Source: Raillietiella orientalis (taxonomy: Eukaryota). Taken from it: a stretch of DNA of 64,000 bases. A program made the position numbers and the translations under genes. Location: NCBI GenBank assembly GCA_036172245.1, contig JAYWIR010000030.1:62001-126000 (forward strand), read 5' to 3'. The notes under the pieces were generated by a model. The model was given only the letters and a program-made list of their open reading frames with translations, did not search any database and was not told the DNA's origin. This document shows positions 1-10,153 of this stretch, piece by piece (position 1 is the first letter of the stretch; every line of letters begins with the position of its first letter).

Positions 1-1303
1 AAGGAAGAAATTCAGTGCACTTGGTAAACTCAGCGATGGGAGACATCGGCCTTAACCGTTGGTACTGATTCGGCATGCTTGACATTGTCAACGAATTTTA
101 GATCAAGCACTCAGGTCACCATGGCTCGCATGCGGCTTCTTTTGGTTAGAGGCAGTGCTGAACTGTCGTACGGAATCCAGGGCCTGCCTTCAGTGCGAAC
201 TCTTTCTCACAAATCAAAATGGGGAACGGTGGTGACATTTTCGTCTCGTACTCCGGAGGGCCGTTGCGCGCCACCTGATTTGCATGCAGATCGAAAGCTA
301 GACCTTGCAGTCTCCATTTTCTCGGGGTTTAGGGGCGGCCAAGAACTTCCCCATTGCCAGCTGATTGGTTAAAGCCACTTGTCAAATGTAATTCTGAAAA
401 GTGCAAGCTTTCTGCTTTCGTTTGTTTGAGCAGCCGAAGGAAGACGACTTCCCCCAAGTCTTATCCCAAGGGGTGTTCTCAGTTCTGCAGCAAATAGGGT
501 GGATTGCACTGAAGATTTTCCTTGCTAGGTCATTTTCTTGAATTTGTCCAAGCATTCCTTGATGTTCTTCAAGGGTTTCAACATATCTCGGGGTGGAAAG
601 CAGTTGTGGCGTTTACCTTTGCTCCCTTCTGGGAGCAGGACCTTCGATTTCGTTTGCCTGCTTCGCCACCCTTTCTAGTGGTCTCGGATTTTTATCATTC
701 GGGTGTTGCGAACTGTTTGGCAGGTAGCTGCCGCCACTTCTGCTTTTGCAGTGGACAAACGAGAATGGCGTTGGCTGCATTTGGGATCTGCTTCCTCGAC
801 AGGCTTGGCATCAGGTGACGGGGTTGCTCTGGTGCACCCATCCTAATCTTCAGATGCAATAACAGGAATGATAGGCGAGGAGGACATTCGCTTTCTCTCG
901 TTTGGTGCCCCGATATGAAGCCAGGCACTTGAGCTTCTTCGCGAAAACCAAAGATCCCTTTCGGTTCGATCCTCTGGTACGAAAAGAAGCCTCCTCACCA
1001 TGACAAGGAGGATTGAGGAGGCGATTTTCCTTTCGCTAAACCTTCTTGCTGGTGTGCCGAATTCCGTGTCGCGAGAGGATCCGCGTCTTGCGCGCTACTT
1101 GCGGTCTTTTTGATTCCAACCGTAGAATTTGGGCACCGAAGGAGCTCCCCACTTGCAGTTGCACTTTTGGCGTTCGTGAAATTCTTCCCATCAGCCTTCA
1201 GTCTCATCTTGTACGTTTGTACATCTCCAGTCTCTTCGTTGCTTCCTTCGCCGCCGCATGCTCTCACTTTGTTTTCTCCTTTCCCGTCGGGTTTAGAATC
1301 CCA

Positions 1304-1343
1304 CATATATATATATATACATATATGTGTGTGTGTGTGTGTA
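1304..1343. repeat. (TA)n(TG)n microsatellite
   Basis: catatatatatatatacatatatgtgtgtgtgtgtgtgta seen directly. Confidence 0.95.
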
Positions 1344-3357
1344 TGGACAGCTTCGTGTTTCTTTTAATCTTTCAAAGAGTTGCATGCCGGCAACAACCCG
1401 GAGGATGAAACCGACCCACGGATCTTCCCATCGCATACGGCTCCGTGGCTGGTAGCAGAGGGTCATTACCTACTCGTTCAGGTGCCATAAAGTCGTTGTT
1501 GTTTGTTAGTAGCAGCGGTTTCTGCGCCCTTTGGGTCTGGCGTGAGTGTGCAAGGCAACAAGCCTGCTTCGTTTGGTCGTCTAGTCGTCCAATGGCAAGG
1601 CGAGTCCGAATTCCTCTTTCGCGTCAGTTCGGGCCTCAGTCCCTCTGGAAACTGTTAACTGCAGGAAATGACTCTTGACGTTTATTTTTGTTGAAGATTT
1701 TCTTTATTCGAGTCTCCTATCCATCCATCCTTGATCTCTGCTCTGGGCTGCGCTGGATGGCGAGGAGAGCACGGCCTGCCGCAAAGAGTAATTGTGGGGA
1801 ATTTCTGGTCGCACCTCTGCGGCACAAAAAGGTTGGCACAAAAGGTGCTTTTGCCGGAGTGCGCACGATGTAGAGAGCGAAGGAGCACTGCAAGGAAAGT
1901 CAGCTGCCATTTGCAAGCCTGCCTCTTGGGGAAAAAGATCGCCAGGCTGGATCGAGAAAGAGGGGCGAAAGGAACACCGGACACCTTGTACAAAGATACT
2001 GCACTTTGTCACAACAAGTGGCAAGTCACATTCTCTGGAAATCTGACGCCCTGCTTTTACCTTTCTGTTTTTCGTCACCTGTTCTTCGTGCCCCTCGTCG
2101 TACTGTGGGTCTCCACTTGTTGGGTGCGCTGGTGACTCCCATAGCGTTCGTTCCATGCGCAGAGGCGCTCTCATCCTACTCGAGAAGCAGCGGCGGATCA
2201 TTGGAAACGGAGTGCCGGTGAATCTGAAGGGCAGCACGAGTGATGTGCACAACGGAGGTGTCCAGGTGCAACCACAACTTCCATCTCAAAACCTTTGCAA
2301 ACGACAACCAAGAAGCACCAGAAAAAGACTTTATTTACCGTTGGCACTCCGCGCACCGTATCGATTGACATACCGAGGGTGCTTTGGTCATCTTCATCGA
2401 GGGGTGGCAGCGGAATCTGCTCCTATGAAATTCAGCTACACGAAAAGGAAAGGAACCTCGGAAACGAAGAAGAAGCAAAAAGAGATTTCGAGAAGAAGAA
2501 CGGTGGGGGTCAGGATGCACGTGGAAGGCTGCGTCGAAGAATTTACCGCAGACTCGAGCCATCGCCAGTGTCGTGTCCAAACGTGCCAGGTGATACCAGC
2601 GTGTTCGTTGAGTGATTTATTTCAGATGCACACCTTTTTCTGTCCGCTTCATCGCCAACCACGAGCCAGGAATGCCAAGACTCTCCCCCCCCAGACAAGG
2701 GGCGGTGGCAAAAGTCGTTAGGTCCAGGGAAGAAAAAGGCAGAATTCCTGTTAGTGGGATTCCCATCTTCCATCTTTCCAGTTCGCGGGTTTCGTCTGCG
2801 GTTTGCAAACCTGAGAAAGCGACTGCCGGCTCGATGAATCCCCGCCGTCGCCCTCTTATGGCCGCGCCCTTTCTTATGGGATCGCCCAGTTCTGGGTGTT
2901 CCGATGATGAATTCGTTTGAAGGCAGGTACCGGTCCGGATGCCTTGGTGCTTCTCGTGATTCTGCACCTCGCTCTTTGCGATTTGCTCTCATTGGCTTGT
3001 GCGGCTGCGAGCAGGGCGGCAGTGTACCCCGCGAGCCATGACTTTGGGACTGTTCGTGGTATTCAGACAACTCTCATTCTCGAAGGTGCTCCGTTCATTT
3101 ACCGCAGCTGAAGATACACAAATGATTGCGGTGGTTTAGCATGCATTCTGTTCCGCTTTGATTGCAAAGTGTAGTTCACGAAAGTTCTTTCTTTCTTTCT
3201 TTTTTTTTTTTTTAATAGAAAATCCATCCTTATCTGAGCGTTGCGGTGGATTTTGGATCTCCCATTCAACCGCGATCTGCTGCAAGGAGAAGATTCCCTT
3301 GCTAGGGGAAAAATTTGCTTCCTCCCAATTCTTCGATGTCTTTTGCTTTAAGATCAC

Positions 3358-4098
3358 CTCGAGAGTTGCTGACTCGTCTGTACGGTGTTGAACGGTGGGA
3401 ATGCTCAACTTGCGCTCTTGAGGAACTGGGAGCTCAGTTACCACGGAAGGAACCCTTGGAATCCACGATTTTGAGCGACCCTGGGAGCATTCCTGATGGA
3501 ATGGTTCCCCGTTTATTAATAGCGTTCTTGGTCTTGCGAACTGGCTCGTGAAATTCCTAGGAAATCCTATTCAACACTCAAACACATCCTGTATTTATTC
3601 CGGAGTTTCATTTTCGACATTGAAAAATAGGTTTCACGTGTAATCATTCGGCTAGATTTCACGAATTTCGGAGATTCATCTTCAGCGGATGTAACGTCAT
3701 GGATCGCATTTAACGAGGGGGGCTTTTTATTCACGTGTTCACCGCGTATGCACCATCACAGAAGTTTCTAGTGGAACTCCTACATAACTTTTGCTTTCAA
3801 TAAAGTTCTTCGATCTCCACCGCTTAATTTCATGAATTGCCTTCGCTTCGTAGGTGCAGATCTTTTCCATCGTGGGTTGGTTACCGTAATACGTCACCAC
3901 TTTTTCGTATACCCGCGACCCGATCACAACTACTATCCTGAACTCTTTGGTGCCATGGACTCTCGGCATGTCTTTCAAGCATGCTGTAAATAAGAGGCAG
4001 AGTCATGTAGCCTAAAGACACGCACTACAGTCACAGCCTGAAGACACGCTCTTGAAGATGGATGTAATCCATTGAATTTTATGTAGGAGCAGAAGCAT
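3358..4098 (-). CDS. Candidate small spliced orphan gene (unknown product)
   Basis: Putative exons 4098-4035 (MLLLLHKIQWITSIFKSVSSG), 3983-3743 (acceptor ttatttacag; CLKDMPRVHGTKEFRIVVVIGSRVYEKVVTYYG...), 3556-3358 (acceptor atttcctag). Phases agree and the first intron is 51 nt, like the laminin micro-introns. No recognisable homology. Confidence 0.35.
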
Positions 4099-5267
4099 TC
4101 GCTTGCAGCGCCTGCGAAGATTCTTGAGATGTGAAATTCGGCAGACTCTAAGGGAAAAGGAAAGAAAAGGCAATCCTTGAATGATATCAGCGTTGTACAA
4201 CTCTTTTACTGTGGTACTGGTGGTGTTCACCACTGCGGCACCGTCACGATTTCTAGTCATAGGCCAGCTAACGAGTTGTCTTTTCTCTGGAGAAGCGTAG
4301 GATGCTTCCATTTTCATGATTTTCGGGAGCATGATATTTCCCGAATGTTCTCACGACATCCAAGTGCTCGAAAGAGAAGTTTGAAAACACCGCAAACATA
4401 TCTTCTTGAAACCAGAAAAAAAAAAAAAAAAAAAAAGGCAAAAGAAAACCCGAAAATGCCGAAAGAAGTTTCTGCTGTGACGCCCGTTGATATATGAATT
4501 CCACATTTGCGTTTCGCCAGAGTGACCAATGTCCTGTCTATAAAATCAGACCACTGTCTCATGATAAATCATTCGAACTTTCAAAACTCTTAATGGAGAT
4601 GAAGATCCCTGTGTGCACCGATTTGTCTGGAGGCCCGTGTAATTGAAGGCTTGTTCCACGCGTATGTATTCAGGGAAGCAGCGCTTTCTGGCACTTCGCG
4701 AAAGGGGCCGGGGAGAGCATATCGCTCACCTTGATTCTGGTAATCGTGAAGAACCCATCAGACGAATGGCCCAGTAATGGTTGGCTTCCTCAAATTAGTT
4801 AAGGATGTTTTTTTCGGCAGTTGCCTTTTAATCAGAGATGGGCCGGGAAGCTCGTAACAGCCTGGAAGGGGAAAACTTGCCTGATTTAGAAACGGATCAT
4901 CATCAGTTGATGATTTCAGTGCGATGCTGCGATCAGCAAGCTGCAGTCCGTCCGTACGAGCTGTATAAAAGTAACCGTTCGACTCCAGGTGACCGAAAAG
5001 CTAAGGTGCTTCGTTCACCGTGATTATCAACTAGTAATCCCGATTAGTAGCGATGTTGATCATCATCGACAGAACATGCGATTCACCTTTTGGCGGTTGG
5101 AAGCACCCAATTCTTTGATTTGCACGCTTGCGCCCCGGATGGTGCCCAAACCCTTCCAGCTTTTCACTGGATATCACGACTGAACCTTGAAAATTGTTAT
5201 CACTCAATCTGTGGGGTTCGTCATTGGGGTGTTCCTTCCGAACCGAGAGGCAAATCTCACCTACTCC

Positions 5268-5605
5268 TCGTGATAAAGAGGGTGCTATTCCAAGTGGGAA
5301 GACAGTTGGGGGGCGGATGAACAGGGAAAAGGTGATGACGATGCTGTTTGAACGAGGAAGCACTATTGCAGAGCAAGTGGAAGATAGGGAGGATTCAGAA
5401 GAAATCATGGAACGTATGGAGATCAAGTCGATTCCTAATCCAAGTCAAATTATCAATCAGTTATTGCGGATCTTGCGGTTGATGTTCCAAGAATGATTAG
5501 TTGCGGCAGGAACGGTAGTAGCGTTCATGGAAATAAGATGGGGGGACCAAAGCGAAGAATCGGAAATCGAGTAAGGGCCCATAAAGTCTATTTGGCCTAC
5601 TCTCT
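5268..5605 (-). pseudogene. nad2: NUMT: degenerate trnM-like sequence followed by 5' part of mitochondrial nad2 (frameshifted)
   Basis: Minus strand, mito code: ILFPWTLLPFLPQLIILGTSTASSA / NNWLMIWLGLGIDLISMRSMISSESSLSSTCSAM / CFLVQTASS ... LGMAP, matching ND2 N-terminal motifs (WLxxWLGLExN, KYFLVQ, KLGxAP) in order. Just upstream AGAGAGTAGGCCAAATAGACTTTATGGGCCCTTACTC resembles the D and anticodon arms of mt tRNA-Met. Confidence 0.78.
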
Positions 5606-5910
5606 GATTTACTAGTGGCACTGGACACCGTGTCTTTATTCGAAGACACCCTTTTCTTTACGTTCAGAGTCGTGTAACACTCGTGCGTGGGAAGATTCTT
5701 TCATTCTTTGAGGATGTCCCAATTTCCATTCGTTCTGCCACCACCCGGAGCCCGCCTGCACCATGATAACAGAATCCTGTACACGCGAGCTTCCACCTCT
5801 ACATAAGACCTGCCCAGGTTTCTGTAACTTGTCCATTTGAGAGAAAGGGTAGTTGCTTGGCCACCGTTTCCCTTTAACGAACGAAATACGAGGGGCATCT
5901 GAGAAGGGCG

Positions 5911-6557
5911 GATCGGACATAAAGAACAACGAATAAGGGAAACAAAAATGCATTAGTGGTTCCAAACACGTGCATCCCCACGTCATTTTTCTAGGTAGTC
6001 TCCATGTTGTTTTCTCCAAACACTTTCCATCCCGTGGAACGAGCTCTTGGAAACCCTCTGCGAGAAGTTCCGCCGCCTGGGAGTTCAGCACTGCAGTTTC
6101 CAACTCCCGCCCCCCTTTCCTCGAAGCGTTGAGCCACTTCTTGAGGCGCAGGAAGGAAGACGTGGTGGCCACTGGGCACGAAAAGTTCCCATTTGAATTT
6201 CTGCATCGTCTGGGATGTGCGGACAGCGTGTGTTGCCAAGACGCGCGTTGTCAGAGATTCAAATGGGAACTTTTTGATCACCTCGCACCCAGTGGCCACC
6301 ACGTCTTCCTTCCTGCGCCTCAAGAAGTGGCTCAACGCTTCGAGGAAAGGGGGGCGGGAGTTGGAAACTGCAGTGCTGAACTCCCAGGCGGCGGAACTTC
6401 TCGCAGAGGGTTTCCAAGAGCTCGTTCCACGGGATGGAAAGTGTTTGGAGAAAACAACATGGAGACTACCTAGAAAAATGACGTGGGGATGCACGTGTTT
6501 GGAACCACTAATGCATTTTCGTTTCCCTTATTCGGTGTTCTTTCTCTATGTCCGATC
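5911..6557. repeat. Long inverted repeat / foldback hairpin (~650 bp)
   Basis: Arms 5911-6176 and 6288-6557; core 5945-6176 / 6288-6519 appears perfectly complementary (mirror ORFs 5970..6473+ and 5991..6494- share an identical N-terminus). Inner stem 6181-6203 / 6252-6274 has 1 mismatch; loop ~48 nt. Confidence 0.97.
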
Positions 6558-9500
6558 GGTCCTTGCTTTTGGGATGCTCTTCTACACCCTTAAGATGCAA
6601 ACCAAGGCTGTGTTTATGTTCATTAGTAGTCAAGCGAAAAGAGCTAGGACTCCGTGTCTCGGCTAAACTTGGTGCTCTTTCGCTTCACGTTTGTTTCCTG
6701 TGATCACACTGTCACTTCCGCTTTGAAGTGATTGTACAACAGCGATCCTATTGCATTTTACGACTTGGCATAAAAATGCAAAGGTGTTTTTTTTTTTTTT
6801 TCCCCCCTGCCTTTTTCCTTGTCCACCCACGCAAACAGGTGGGGATGAAAACTCTCACAGAAGGCTTGGATGCATTCCCCGTCTCGAAGTGACGGTTTCG
6901 AGGTACCGTACGCAGAACGTGGTACTCCCGTTCCTCCGCGTCTCAGCGCAATTAAGAGGGCGTCGGATGCTGCCAGCGTGCGAGTTCTGCTTCTATTCAC
7001 CCGGGCTAGTTTTCTTCTGTTTGCGTTCCTCTCTCCCACTCACTCAGCATCGCCCGAAGCCTTTTGATTTTTTCTTGTCAGGTGTATCTCTGGTGGAAGA
7101 GTATCTTCTTCCCCGGTGATTTACGACCCCCTTCGCGTTTACTGAATGAAGCTAATAAAACGAAACGAGACTGCGACTCGTGCATTTCCGCCACCTAAGA
7201 CGACAGCTCCCGCTCGGCTGGCAGGAAATCTTCAACAGGATTTTTCGCGCCGAGCAAGTCGGTTCCTCGATCCAAAGCCGCTCGCCTAGGTTCGAGCCAC
7301 GTTAACCACGTTTGGACCCATTTCCCAGCTGCAGGCCGATTCGCATCAACGGAGAGGCGTCGTTTTGGGCGACTCCCCCAACACCCGCCGGCCCGCCTGT
7401 GCATCGCGGACAGGGAGACCTCGAGAAATCTTGCAGTGCGTGTCCCGATAGGCTTTTTTTTTTTTTTTTTGTTCTTTTTGTTCTTTTTTTTTTTTTTTTT
7501 CTAGGGGGGAGTGGAGGGGGAGGGGGGATTAGCAGCGTGCGCAATCCACGTCGTCCGAAGAAAGAGTGCACGTGCCTCGAGTCCCGGAATCGGAAACACT
7601 CCGATCGCCACTTGTCCATCGCATCCAAACGAAGTTCTCTTCTTTTTTTTTTTTCTTGAAACTCCGTGACGAAGCACGCGCGGTCAGAAAGGAGAGTGTT
7701 CGATCCGTCGTCCGATCGAAAAACCTCACGTAATTTGTGCGTGTCCTAGTTGAACATGCAAATAGGGGCGATGCACGTGAGAATCCGGGGCGGAGACGCT
7801 GGAAACAGTTACGGGAAAGATAGGTCACTCGATCGGAATACACGAGAAACGTGGGACCTTCGGAGCGCGGTGTACGTGCTCGGCCCTTGGTCGCCACCGT
7901 GTCCGCATCCGAAGCGTTGAGAGGCTTTCGTGGGTTTGGCGCGCGAGCGTCCAAACAAGCGGCGCGTCACTCGGACAGGGGTGCCGCTGGACGCGTGCGC
8001 GCGGATCCCCATTCCACAACGAGAGAGGTTCAGAAGACAAGGAGAGAGAAAGAGAGAAAGGGGGGGGGGGAGGGGAAAAGGGAGAGAAGAAAAAAAAAGG
8101 AAATAGAATGTAAATATCGAAATAGATGTATGCGCAGCCCTCCCAGGAAAATAAAAGATCGAGAGTCTCCTGCGAAGAATACAAAGCGATCAAAAGGACG
8201 CACCCTAGCCTGGCCGCAGAAAGAGCGTGCGACCTTGAGAGCATGAATGCTGATCCTGGGGAGGGTGAAAGAGGTGGAAACTCGCATAAAGTGGAGATGC
8301 GACTAATTAAGTTAGGTTCTCGTAGAGGAATCCCTCTACCCTTTGTTATTCTGCTCCTCGAAAATGAGTGACCTGAATCGCTTCTCGAATCGGTCACGGG
8401 ATGCTTCGAGAAGGGTCAAATGTGGCCAGAAGTGTTGCCTTGCAGCAGCTCCTCGGAAAACCAAACGGACAGCTTCGGCTCAATGGAAACGGAGTGGTTC
8501 CCGGGAAGGAATGCGAGCGCGATGAGCTGCTCCTGTAGCAGGAAGGCACAGACCCAGAAAGGTTTCTCTGTCTCTCTCTCTCATAAATTCATCACCGTTT
8601 CGAACGACCAAAACTTATTCTGGTGGAGAAGATGCGCCCTCTTTTGCGGCCGAGGATGGCTTCAAAGTTGGCCTTCAGGCACGAACGCTTCCTCTGCGGT
8701 GATCGAGGTGGGCAACGGAAGAAAAGCAGGCCGCCCTTCCGATTCTGTTCAAAGGGACTGTTGGGTCATCACTCCCCAGCGAAGCGCCAGATTCGAGGAC
8801 AGTGTCTCTCCGCGGTATTCCTCGAAAGCAGTGTTGCCAGGAGGCACCTTGCGATGCTGTGACCGGATGAAAAATGATTGCGTGCCGGCGGTGAAAATTC
8901 CCACGACGATGTCGTCAAGAATTCCCACTCTGAAGTTCTCGTTGCATCCCACAAGAATGGATGGAGAGGCATCAGAGATTTATGATTAGTACGTTTATGA
9001 TTGCATCCTCGTTTTTTGTTTTTTTTTTTTGCCTTTTTTCCAAATAATCCGGGGAAAAAAAAAGAAGAATGGGTACGACTCGCCCACTCCAGTGACACTC
9101 CCAATTTTTGTGCGCCAAATGACCATCACAGAACGGAGGTCTGAAAATCGTAAGAAGGGGGGGGGGAACGAAAGAGATGTTTGTTGACTGTTGTTCGTGG
9201 TTCCTGGCCGATGGTTGTTGGATCGGGGAATCGGAGCCGCTGGGCGTGATGTTTCGCCCGCATCGGGAATCGCGCGGACACGCACGCCTCCACCGTCCCT
9301 CCCTGCAGGTGAACCGCACCTGCTTCCAGCGCGGATCTCGGCCGACCGACGGTCTCCGGACGCCTTCCGGAATTTCCCTCGTGGGGGCGAGTCGGAGTCG
9401 AGAGGTCGGGACTGCGCGCCCATCACGGCGCGGAATCCTGAGCTACCTCCCTCGTAGCCTGCGGCGCCCAGATCGCGCTCGAAAGCGCGGAGCTGGTGAT

Positions 9501-9778
9501 GGGCGCAGGCGGCCGCCATCCGCTGCCAGCTCCCCGGACGACAGGAGGTCGCGCCGGTGCCGCTGGCTTCCCCGCTCCGAGAAGACGGTCCGAAGGCCAG
9601 CCTCACCCTTCGCTTTCGGTGGCGGGGGACAGCCCCCCGCTGGCGGGGCAAAAGTCGGACTCCACCGCGCGACACCGACCCTTCCGAAACAGCGCCCTTT
9701 CCGAACAGGAGATGCTGAGACCGGTCGTTTTGGACCCACCTCTTCCCGATTCTACGCTCCGTTGCAGGAAACCGCCAA

Positions 9779-9994
9779 ATATTACTATCTTGACAAAAAC
9801 TAGCCCCCATATTCATCATCTCCTTATCACCATCACCAGTTATCTGAATCTCAAGAATTCTCAGAGCCACAATAGCTCCTATCATAGGACTAACCACCCC
9901 ACCCATTCGATTACTTATAACTTACTCATCCATCTCCTACATAGCATGAATAACCTCCTCAATAAACACGTTCTCTAGAATATGAACTTCATAC
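9779..9994 (+). pseudogene. nad2: NUMT: central fragment of mitochondrial nad2, reading frame intact
   Basis: Abrupt A+C-rich, G-poor segment. With the invertebrate mitochondrial code (TGA=W, AGA=S, ATA=M) it reads open for 72 codons: MLLSWQKLAPMFIISLSPSPVIWISSILSATMAPIMGLTTPPIRLLMTYSSISYMAWMTSSMNTFSSMWTSY, containing the ND2 motifs WQKLAP and YSSISxMxW. Confidence 0.9.
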
Positions 9995-10043
9995 GATCCG
10001 TTCAGATCAATTACATTCTTTTTTTTTTTTCTTTTACTTTCAG

Positions 10044-10153
10044 CGGACTCGCAGAAGAAATCCGAGGTAGTGGAGCTGCACCCGGGCATTTTCGATCTGG
10101 CCACCAATGCGACGATTACGGTCAACGCGACTTGCGGGGAGAAAGGACCGGAG
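10044..10153 (+). CDS. LAMA1/2: Laminin alpha exon, start of LN domain
   Basis: T-rich tract + cag acceptor at 10043; reads (A)DSQKKSEVVELHPGIFDLATNATITVNATCGEKGPE; donor gtaaag at 10154. Confidence 0.9.

Noticed and set aside
995..1306. 103-aa - strand ORF ending at a gtgagg donor-like site
   Set aside because: ATG arises from the microsatellite edge and I could not build a stop-free downstream exon chain.
5970..6494. Two 167-aa mirror ORFs as duplicated genes
   Set aside because: They are simply the two arms of the inverted repeat; no coding signature.
8150..8244. Signal-peptide-like MLSRSHALSAARLGCVLLIALYSS as laminin exon 1
   Set aside because: It is on the - strand and has no phase-1 donor.
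8240..8375. Possible very old cytb or cox1 NUMT on the - strand (SF.GA, NLIS.I, PPLS)
   Set aside because: Motifs are too short and point to different genes; not distinguishable from chance.
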